NCBI GenBank assembly: GCA_976551045.1
Contig: CDPCPM010000241.1
Location: 496,001 to 560,000, forward strand
Direction of reading: 5' to 3'
Origin: Glaucostegus cemiculus
Taxonomy: Eukaryota
Length of the DNA: 64,000 nucleotides
Made by a program: the position numbers and the translations under genes. Below are positions 40,001 to 50,325 of this stretch, piece after piece. Under the pieces are notes generated by a model that was not told where the DNA came from, searched no databases, and was given only the letters and a program-made list of their open reading frames with translations. Numbering within the stretch: position 1 is the stretch's first letter; the number at the start of each line of letters is the position of its first letter.

Positions 40001-41299
40001 TCAAACCCAGACCGCAGTGAAGATACATTTCCATCAGATAGGCCTAACCACAATATAATCCAGTTTATAAAAGGTTGTGGCATGTTTTTTATGTAGGAAA
40101 TAAATGTTGGGGTCGTTTTAAAGATGTACATAAAAGAGTAAAGAGCGTATTAAACTTGTCTACAAAATTAACAGGACGAGTTCGAACCACACGCAGAGCA
40201 AACCACTGCAGTAAATATATTGCGCAATGCTGTGGGCTTTATAAACAAGTTGCTGATCCTATGTTTCTGTGAGACGAGACTCGTAGTACAATTAACACGC
40301 AGACATAGACACAGACACAATTACGCCAAACACCGGAGATATCAGAATCTTTCTGTTGGCAGGCAGCTTCTGTGAAAAAGAGACAAGACAAAATCGACTA
40401 GGTGCTTCAAATGTGCGTCCCTGTGTTATTTAAGCCCTTTACAGAGGGAGTGGGTGGGTGTGGAAATGGAGAGGGGGTGGGGGGAGAGCAACAACTAATT
40501 TAAACTAACTTTAAAGTATTTTATCCAGTACTGTAACATTGAATATTGTACGTTCGAGAGGTCACTGTAACAAACAAGGAGGATAAGTAAAGAGCATAGG
40601 TTGAATAATTGTCTAATATTTTCAGAAGGTAAATCTTGCGTTTTGAAGAATCAACGATAACCTACTCAAGTATGCATTTTGGGGTTCTGCGTATAAATAC
40701 TACTCAATTTAACCGACAAATGCAATTTTAGTTCAGTTGGCGCTCTGAATGCCTATCATATTTTTAGATTCAGTATTTAACAGCCTTAATGAAGATGAAA
40801 AGAACTGATCACCAGCGATTTCAAACTGAAGAGATATATGTGCTGTGTGCGGTCGACCAAAAGCCACCTTTGTCGCACTTAGTGTTATTACTTCAAGCAC
40901 GAATAAACCTGATAACATTCGGTGCATTCTTATGAGAGTGTGATCAAGCTGAATTCGACAGAGGTTACAAGTCAAACTACTGTTAAATCTTTTTAATGAA
41001 AACACTCTATCACCATAAGGTACGTTTCAAACGTTGACCTGTTGCTGATTGGATAAGGCTCGTAAGAAGTTGCCCAAATTGACCCATTGACTTTAAGTAC
41101 ATATTTCAGCAAGTATACTGTAACATTTGTTGACAACATTAATGAATAAGCTGCGTAAAAAGGCTGCCCTAAAGATGCTCAGGTTACGCGCCCTTAATTT
41201 ATTACCATTCATCAATTATCGCACTAATCAAAACATTTATTATTTTTTTTGCTTCTTTCCCGCTCCTCCAGAATTTGAAGCATGATTGCATCTGTTAAT

Positions 41300-41901
41300 T
41301 ACTCGCTAATAGCAAGGTAATGTGCGCTTGATGGATAACCGTGTCATTGCCAATCACGCCACTCATTCACATCCCCAGCGGTGCGGCGCTGCCGTGTTTG
41401 CGCTGCGATTTGTCACGTGCACAGGATCTGGAGCGGGACCAGGAGGAGAGTTCTCAATGATTGTCATTAACTACAGCCAATCGACTTTGAGAGTCTTCCG
41501 CCTGACCCTGCCCATCGTCGCGCTGATTGGTTAAGACTCACAAGTGGGACCTTCCCCCTCTCCCCCTTCGACTCGGCGCCTTGCGGATGCCATGGGGCAC
41601 GCCGGAACATGTAGTCCTGGACCTCCGGAGCCGCCTACCAGCCACGAAGCGAAGAGACTACAACGCCCAGGATGCTCTGCGCTCGGCCGGTGCAAGACTG
41701 TCAATCATCGCACGTCACGCTGCTTTGCTTATCAAGGTTTTGGAGGAGGGCGCAGCAAATGTGAAGAATACATAAGGGGGAGAGAATGCAGCGTTATCTT
41801 CCCTGCAGGGTAGAAATGTTTTACTGTACAATGTGAAAACTTCAGCTTCAATCTGTCTCCTGTTTCACAGCACCCCTCGCAGATCGCAGGTTAACAACGA
41901 A
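41300..41901 (+). promoter_or_regulatory. CpG-island-type PKDCC promoter and 5' leader
   Basis: GC- and CpG-rich. CCAAT at 41350 and 41477, ATTGG at 41526, CACGTG at 41414, ZNF143-like motifs at 41597-41616 (-) and 41656-41675 (+), and CTGTCAATCA (PBX-MEIS/PREP decamer) at 41698. The TSS cannot be determined from sequence. Confidence 0.75.
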
Positions 41902-42633
41902 ATGAAACGCAGAAAGATTGCCATCGCAGCTGGGTTTTGCTTTTCCTTCTTCCTGGGCACATTACTGAATTTGTTATTTATACCTGGTTTTGATCATCAC
42001 CATCAGCAACAGCGGCATCAGCGTTTGGAGCAGACCGCCCAGGACCATCTCAGCAACGAGCCGCCCGTGCTTTTTAACCGGGTGAAGGACCGGGACCTGT
42101 TGAAGCAAATTAAAGAAAGGTACGAGGAGGTTGTCCGCTATCGGCAGCAGCCAGACCCTGCAGCGGCTGCGGGGAGACTGGCCAGACCGCTGGAAAGGCG
42201 CTTGATGGACCTAGCGCAGAACAACTCTCCAGATCAGCTCCAACCCCAGCATCATCATCATCAGCAGCAGCAGCAGCAGAGGAGCCCGGATTTTCAAGAG
42301 ACCAAACCATTAACTGTTCAAGGAGAAAACACCTTCGTTTCCAGTAGCCCGAACACTGACTTTCAGTTCCGTTCACTCCCTTTAAGCTGCTCAGATATTA
42401 ATAACGCGAGCAGTGTCCATTACTTGGGTTCTGGATACACAAAAGCAGTATACAAAGCGGTTCTTAATGAGACCCTGGCGGTGGCCTTAAAATCGGTGGA
42501 CTTTGAAGGACACGACATGGAAAACTGCGTTAAACAATTTGGGACATTGAAAGATTGCTACCGATTGGCGTCGTACAAACTTGTCAAAGAAATGACACTT
42601 TTACAACGGCTGCAGCATTCAAATATTCTTAAG
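41902..42633 (+). CDS. PKDCC: PKDCC/VLK coding exon 1 (244 codons): basic N-terminus, signal/anchor, His/Gln-rich stem, kinase N-lobe
   Basis: ATG at 41902 gives MKRRKIAIAAGFCFSFFLGTLLNLLFIPG, resembling the human VLK start MRRRRAAVAAGFCASFLLG. It also has QIKERYEEVVRY, RRLMDLA, the Gly-loop LGSGYTKAVY, VALKSVD, CYRLASYKLVKEM and LQHSNILK. The exon ends at a phase-0 donor AAG|GTAGGG. Confidence 0.97.
42247..42278 (+). repeat. Coding CAT/CAG trinucleotide tract (QHHHHQQQQQQ)
   Basis: cag cat cat cat cat cag cag cag cag cag cag within exon 1. Confidence 0.9.
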
Positions 42634-44627
42634 GTAGGGACCTGCAATGCCTTATCAGCAACTTATTATTAAACTATTGCCCTAGTAAGAAGGGAGAAAT
42701 ATTAGGTTTATTGGGCAATTTAATTCATAGTGCAGGGATCCCTAAACCCATCCATCTGAGGATAAATAGAGGAGTGGGGAACGTTCCTATACCGGGTGCT
42801 TAATGAGTTCTTCGCTAAAATCTGCATCCTAATCAGTCATGGCTTCCCAAGTGCCTTGAGTAAGCTGTGAACTGAAGGAAACATGTGTAAAACAAAACAC
42901 TTTTCAGTTTGTAGACGATATTAGTTTCACAAGAAATTAATCGGCCGTGAAACTGCGCCTCTAAATATCAAAGCATAATATAAAAGATTCAGCAACAAGT
43001 CTGGCCAATTATTCAGCAATATTTCGGCTCGTGATCACTGCAGCGTCGGATCACGATATTAACGCGCAACAGTCAACTTCCCAAACAGCTCGCTATTTTA
43101 AAAAGTCAGGGAAACAGAATCCCGCACTGCGGTTTCTAAGGTGAATTTGTAGTTTTCAGATGAAAGGTCATTATGACTAAAAATGTATTTAGCTCTTCTT
43201 CTCCTCCACTTGTTTGCTAATTTATGCAGATACTTTGATTGCATTAATTTCCACCTGGCCTTTGGGTAGTAGGTTTTCGGGGTTGCTGAAAGGGGTAGTC
43301 CTCTTGGGTGCTGCCGAGTGCAGCTCCAGACCTCGGCTGTCTGCTCTATTTCATATTTAAGGACTCCTGATTGGGTAGTAGGAGATGCGATCACACCTTG
43401 TAGAAAACACAGGTGCTGAGGAATATGTTGCCAATATCGTGGCAGACTGTTTGAAAGGCTTTAACACGACTGTCACTAGAATGGTCACGGTGGATTTCAT
43501 CGCCACAGCACCAAGCACCGGTTTTTTTTTAACCAATATTGTTACAGTTTAAAATTGAAATCAGTAAATCGCGGCTCTGATTAGAACGTCAGTAGGCAAT
43601 TGAGGTTAAAAATGCTATTTCCTCAGTATTTAAAAACGACGGTCCTTGCCAGAATGCAGCACATTACAAAGCCAAGAACACAGCTTATCACCATGTGACT
43701 CTTGACGTTCTTTTTAAAGATACGTACATGATGTAGTTAGACGTGTTTTCTTGCAAGTTGAGTGAATCCACCCCGGCACAACGCTTGTAGAGGCGAGACT
43801 TGTCATTTAGGTTGTCAGGTCGCCTGCTAATGTGCTAATTCCCTCTGGTCAACCGTAATGAGCCCGTTACGGACCCGGGGGAATCCTTCCTGCTGTGACT
43901 ACCTCAGGCATTGTTCACGATTAATGATTTGGTTTTAATTTAAAAAAAAACTATTGTGGAATCGGCCCTTCAATTAGTTGATTGTGCGGAGTTGCTTTGG
44001 ACAGCCACGACGTGTTTGTTCAGTATGATTTTCTTTTAGACTATTTGAATAGATCCCTTTCTTCAGAGCCCTTTGTGCTTAAATCAACCCCAGAATGAAT
44101 GAAGATAGATTAACTGTATAATAACATGACAAAAAAAAAGATTGAATGTACTTTTACAGAATTCTTGCGCTTGTACAGTCAGGAATGTCAATAGAAAAAT
44201 GAATGAAGTTGTGTTGCGCCCGTTGGTCGGTTTTCTGTTAGTTGTTTCATTTCGTACTTTAAAAAAAAAATTAATTGAGGAAAAGGGACCTTGTGGGTTG
44301 TCTGGGGCAGATGGTAAGCTTGTGCATAATTTGCAAGATAACACACACATTGTGTATCGCCAAGATCAGATCAAACTCATTTCACTCTTATGACTTGTAC
44401 CAACCTACTACCAATTTTAGATATAAATAATTCAGAGGGCGAAAACCTTAAACTATAAGGTACAGCAGTACGCTTTGTATCAAACTTCAGTTTTTATTAT
44501 GCCTAGGCCTGAGTTAATAATTTCCACTGTGAAAAGGGCACTATCTATTCGCAGACAGACACAAGGTGCCAAAGAAACAACTCGACAAAATGTTTTCTGC
44601 TTCTGTTTTCATTTCTCACTGGTCCCG

Positions 44628-44735
44628 ACACCGATGAAAAGTCATCAACGTGAAACGTCAACTCTATTTCTCTCTCCACAGATGCTGCTTGACCTGCACA
44701 TTATCTCCAGTGTTTTCTGCTTTTATTTCCAATAT
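44628..44735 (+). mobile_element. Short Penelope pseudo-LTR-derived repeat
   Basis: gatgaaaagtcatcaacgtgaaacgtcaactctatttctctctccacagatgctgcttgacctgc. Similar copies lie near 1950, 3800, 18030, 28420 and 33165. Confidence 0.6.
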
Positions 44736-46501
44736 TATACTTGGTGTACTATTTAAGGGTCTCAGTCTAAATAACGATTAAACGTTGCACTCAATAACAG
44801 CATATGACCATATCCCTCAACTGTGCTGTCCTCTCTTCCCCAGTTGAGAGAGAACATAAGTTTGTCTTTTAACGGTTTTATGTCGGTTAATCTGTTTAAG
44901 GACCAAAAAAATGTTAAACATATGTGTCAGTGTTAGTTTGCAAATAACTTTGCGTCGAATCTCCTGCTCAGGCTAATGTTTGTTCATACACAATACTTTG
45001 ATTTTTAAAAAAATCGTTTATCAGATTTTGGTTGTGTTACTGGCCTACTCTTAGCGCAAAAAGTTCAAGAATAATGAAGAGGGGTACTTTGGAACAGCGC
45101 TAAATGAAGGAGCCTATGACAGTAATGAAATGATGGCAGCATGCAATTTGCATGGTTTTAACTACACTAGAAATCTCAGAACGGGCTTTTGATTATTTTT
45201 TTCTCCCGGGAAGAAAGACCGGTGCAAAATTTAAGCTACGTAATAATATTCTCTCATAAAATGTGATAGAATGAAACCATCTCAGTTTGTGTTCCAGATA
45301 TGTCTTTAAATCTTTTGTACAAGAATTATATAAACCTGCTGACTACGTGTTGGTAAATGGGATTAGTGTAGAGAGGTTGGCATGAACGGGATGGGCCGAA
45401 GGGCCTGTTTGTGGGCTGTATGACTCTATATTAGACAGATTATCAGTGACGTTTAGATCGCACCATATTTACTATAGATTCTTAAAAGGGTAGGAGTACT
45501 GGAAATGGAAGATAGAGCTCTAAAAGGCCTGCTAAAGTGTTTTTCCTATCTTGAGGCAGATAACCAATGACAACATCTGAACTATATTACTTATTTGGCG
45601 AAACTGTGCACAAATAACTTTTCTGTTAGCCACCCGCTCATTAAACTAAATGAAGTTCTTTGAGACGAGATTTGAATATGCAACAACGGCTGTCTTGTTG
45701 CGAAATCTCATTTTCTCCTTTCCCCAGGAGCAGGTGTCTTGGGGCAGGGAGAAAATGTATCTTTCAGCAACCTCTGTTTAATTAGTAAGGACTGGATCCG
45801 AGGGTCGCCAGAGCAAAATTGATGCGGATCACTGATTTATGACCAGACACTTGGTACAAATTGCACTCGCTTTGTCACTAAAGCGGGGAAGTCCTCTTCC
45901 CTTCATTGGCTTCCCCTCACTCATTAGCGTGCTGTCCTTCCTATTTCTATGCTAATTTTACTCAGTCATTCAAAAGTCTCAAGCGCAGAAGTCTCGTAAA
46001 TGAAACAATGTTATAAATATAGCCAAATTTTACACTAACATTTAATAACCCTGACCAGTTATGTATTGTAGGATATTTGCAGGAATATTCAGTGGGATTT
46101 TTTGCCTGCGCACGCTGGATTTTATGGACATTGTAGCTGAGTTGTAATTAACATTTGGAGAACACAGTGTGATCAGCGCCTTGATTGATTATCAATGGCC
46201 ACCAGTATCAGAAACGCCTCCCTCCTGAAATCGATGCATTTTTTTGCTTTGGATGGCATTCTTTCTAAATTAAAGGAGATGGTAATCCTCTCCTGATACC
46301 CAAAGCTGATTGGGTCTTTTTATTTATCTTCCACTGGAAAAACAGTATTTGCATCTGAGAGCCTCGAGTTAACAAAATGCAATCGACTGCCGAGATTAAC
46401 CGGGTGATCAATTCCTCGTTGACTGAGTTCGTGGGCGTGTTTTAGAAAGGTGCACGTTGCTTATTATTTCACTCCGCCGTGTTTCTGACATGTGCGGGGG
46501 A

Positions 46502-46546
46502 TCCGGAGGATTAACGGAATTTAAATCATTCCGTTAATCCTCCGGA
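46502..46546. repeat. Perfect 19-bp inverted repeat with a 7-nt loop
   Basis: TCCGGAGGATTAACGGAAT-ttaaatc-ATTCCGTTAATCCTCCGGA. Confidence 0.97.
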
Positions 46547-47016
46547 AAGAAAGCCTCTTGGAAAAATTACCTGCCGCCAGATTGGAAGCGTTACTGGCAC
46601 AATTCTGTCTAGTGTAGCCTTTTCATTTCTTCCAATGTCGCAGCCTTATGGATTTTAGTTTGTGCTGCTCTGGGGGAAAAATACTGTTCCCTTCCGTTCT
46701 CGAGATTCCTTTACGAAAATATTGAATTAGCATTTACTTTGCAGCAAGTAAAGTGACAGAAGCAGATACAGAGAATCGTCTGAAACTGTCAGGCTTGCTC
46801 TGGCGTGAGAGTGGAGTTGGGCTCCAATTCGTTATCTGCGGTGACAGATGCCCTTTAACCTCATTGCTTTCCGCTTGGTATATTACTATTGATCGATTGC
46901 CTGTCATTTTCCGCTCTGCAAGCGCTGCATCTCACCAGCAGCCGAGAGGCGATCTTTGTTCCACCGACTCTGGGAGAGGGAGGAGGGATGTCTGGTCGGT
47001 TGGGTTGTAGGTCCGG

Positions 47017-47501
47017 TCATTGCGCGTTAAACTGCGGCTCCTGTTTTAATTCGCGGGAGTTTGTAAGTCAGTCAGTCAGCAACAGAGCCGGGCACTGGGG
47101 GTTCGTTGGTCTGAAGGGCTCAAAGCTTTGCATGCACTGGCGGCAGACTGGAGTGTGCCTTGTGTCATCGCTCAGCACACGGTTCCTCGCAGTAAACCGT
47201 GTCCTGGCAGCTCTTTACACAAATGTTTGCAAAGCCAGTTGCTTGCATTCACTAAAACATCAGCTTGGTCCCTTTTAGCCCCGATTTTTATACTTTACTG
47301 TCTATGAACCCATGCCCATCCCTTGAATGTACAACCCAAAGTCATCTGACGGGGAAAAATGTGCCTGAATGTTCCCGCGGAATGCCAGCATTGTACAGCG
47401 CGTTGGATCTGTTCTGCTGCATTAATTGGTAAATATTAACTCGTGATTATCCAGCAAACTCCCGCGAATTAAAACGTGAGCCGCAGTTTAACGCGCATTG
47501 A
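47017..47501. repeat. Long-range inverted repeat with 47-bp arms (47017-47063 and 47455-47501), 3 mismatches
   Basis: tcattgcgcgttaaactgcggctcctgttttaattcgcgggagtttg versus the reverse complement of caaactcccgcgaattaaaacgtgagccgcagtttaacgcgcattga. Confidence 0.95.
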
Positions 47502-49254
47502 AATGGCTTCCGGTGCAAACTTTGGGACTGTGTGGGGTAGCTGGTCTCTCGTCAGTACAACGATGCAGGCTGTGTGTCCGGGGCGCTGCAGCGTGGCTGG
47601 AGAAGATTTGGGGGAAAGCTCATGTCAGTTTGTTTCGCGGCGGACTCATTTGTGATGAGAGGGAAAAGTAGTCGCAAAGAGTACCTGTTAGGGCCGCCAC
47701 TATGTGCTGCGTGTATTAAGAAAAACAGGACGGTGATTTATTCAGTTCTGTTGACTTAAGTTGCTGCCTTCTGTAATTTAACCATCCAATGTACAGATAT
47801 CAATTCAGTTCAAGTACTGAAGGGATAATGAATCGATTCCACACAGTTGGAGGATACAGGAATAAGAAAGATGCAAAATAATCATCTGATTGTGAAGGTG
47901 CCTTTCATTCCTTCTGTGTGAGAGATAATCAAGGAAAAATGAGAAGGAAAGTTACTGATTAAGACACACTGTCAGCAACACTAAATCTAAATTTGCAGTA
48001 TATATTGTCAAGAGTGCACATTAGGTTATCAGGTATAGTTTTAAGTCCTGAGGTGTTAGATTCCTTCAAGCAATGCTATCACAGATCACTGTAACTTCCC
48101 ACAAGTGTCATTTATGCTAGTGGTGTTTGGGATCTGAGAGACCTGCATCCATAAACTAAGTCACAATATTTACGCTACTACATCCAGCTGTCTTTTCTCG
48201 CTGCACATTCTTAATAGCAGTTAAAAGGTCTACCCAGATTTCGTGGTAAAAGTGCATATAGATGGCTCATAAACCTAGTCTCCTGAAATCAAGTCGTAAT
48301 GAAATTGTAATTCTACCCTTGTGTTTGGTTCAATTCATTTCAAGTTCACAAGAACTCTGAAGGTTTGTCTTCCTGCCATTGGTAATTTTAATGCAAAAAT
48401 ACACAATTACTGTAATAGGAGAAAATACCAGTGTATTAGTTGGTGCTAATATAAATTCTAAAGGCTTGTGAGAAGTATTAATCGGGTAATATTTTTGCTT
48501 GCTGAGGACCGAGTTTAAAAAAAACAGTTAAGAGTTTGTGCAGCATTCTGTAACTGAGATCAAATTAAAAATTGAGAAGTTAATTTAACAGTTGGTCTAG
48601 ACTTTAAGCCCACATTTACATAGGGCTGAATGGCCTAATTCTGCTCATTTATCTTATGGTCTTGCATTGGTGAATGATAAGTGACAGCTTATTTCCTGTT
48701 AAGCATGAATATAGCAGCCAGTAATAGATATATCACTGTGGCATGGGAGGATGAGTAGAAAGGCAGACATCTTTAAATCTAACTACGGCATAATTTGAGC
48801 TCAGTTTAGAAAATAGTATTTGGCAATAGACTGATGTCAATAAAATGACCTTGGATTTGTTAGATGGCTGTAAAAACCCAAGTAATTTGCTAGTGTTTGT
48901 GGGGGGGGGGGGAGGGAGATGGTGGGGGAGTAAAGCTGCAGTTGTTTCTTGGCCTGTGCTATGTATGAATCCAGTCTCTCTGTAACATCACTGACCTTTA
49001 AATTCCTCCCCGAAGTTACCCAACAAATCACTTGACTCACCAAACTGGGAGGATAAAAACTCAGGACAACAAAGGAAGGGCAGTGAATGCCAGTCTTGCT
49101 AGAAATGTTCATATCCTAAAAAAAATTGCTTTAAAAGATAGGAATATTGCTCCTCGAAGGTAGTATTCGAAGCAGTGGATACTCTCCAAGAGAGTCAAGT
49201 ATCTGGGCATGCCAAGGAGCTTTATTGGGGAGGAAGATGGAATTGAATCATAAA

Positions 49255-49600
49255 AAAAATTATGACACATGAGATCATTGAGTTTGTACCAATTTGGAAA
49301 AAGAGCTACACAACCTAATTTCAGCCTTTATTAGATTCGCGACACAGTAGGATACAGTTCTTCAAGTGCACATCCAAATACTTCTATAAATGGGAGTTTC
49401 TGCTCTTATCCCCATTTAAGGCAGTACGTTTCAGACCCTTACTGTCCTCTGGATGAAAATATTTTTCACATCTCCCCTCTAATTCTTTCAACAATTACTT
49501 TAAGTTCTCTGGGTTTTTGACCTCTCTGCTAAAGGAAATGCATCTTTCCTATTTACTCTCTGGAGGCCCCTCATTATTCTGTACATCTTGATTAAAGGAG
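49255..49600 (-). mobile_element. Degenerate CR1 3' fragment
   Basis: ctctggatgaaaatattt...tctcccctctaattct...cccctcattattctgtacatcttgattaaa is the reverse complement of the CR1 ORF2 end (GDLI..YKI). Confidence 0.6.
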
Positions 49601-49984
49601 CAATGGCAGAGATATCACTCCTGGTTCATGGAGGCCTTCAAAGACAACCATTTGCAATGCACCAACAGTACCAAAACAATGGTGAGTCACAGACTATCTC
49701 CAGGTTTGGATTTGCTTTTCTATCCATTATCTTTATCCTTTTCTCTGCATTTCTCAGTTCCTCTGCCAAAGCTGCTGTCTTATTCTTATGTATGGTCACA
49801 AAGGCACTATTGGCCCTCTGACATCTCACCTTTGCTTTAGTGTTCTGAAATTGGAAGCCTAGACTATGACTCTCAGCAGGTCACTTAAAAGTTGAGAACA
49901 TTATATTTGGGCTTGACCCATACATGTGTGCTTCATTCACTGGCTAGAATTTGGAAAAGAACACTGGGCTGATGTTCTTCTGTA

Positions 49985-50325
49985 ACTCTTCTCCCCATTT
50001 CCGTCTGGCAGAGATACAAAAGCTTGAAAACGCACACCACCAAGCTCAAAGACAGCTTCTATTCCACTGTTATAAGACTATTGAATGGACGTCTTGTACG
50101 ATAAAGATGATCTCTTGACCTCACAATCTACCTCATTATAGCCTTTGCACATTATTGTCTACCTGCACTGCACCTGCATCACTATATTCTGCAGTAGTTA
50201 TTGTCTTTCCTTTTGTACAACTTTGTACTTGTATTTTGGAATGACCTGTACGAGCAGCATGCAAAACAAAGTTTTTCGTCATATCTTGGTACATGTGACA
50301 ATAATGAACCAATTCCCAATTACAT
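49985..50325 (+). mobile_element. Rex1/Babar-like LINE 3' end
   Basis: ccgtctggcagagatacaaaagcttgaaaacgcacaccaccaagctcaaagacagcttct...gtacatgtgacaataatgaaccaattcc. Confidence 0.7.

Noticed and set aside
40446-40484. G-rich tract as a promoter G-quadruplex
   Set aside because: One loop is 14 nt, and similar G runs occur at 4226, 48901 and 57750, so it is not distinctive.
41833-41901. 23-aa N-terminal extension from the GTG start in the ORF track
   Set aside because: Homology to VLK begins at the ATG at 41902; the GTG start is an artefact of the ORF caller.
42634-42672. ORF tail VGTCNALSATYY, and similar flanks of the 55451 and 58029 ORFs
   Set aside because: These are intronic read-through beyond canonical splice sites.
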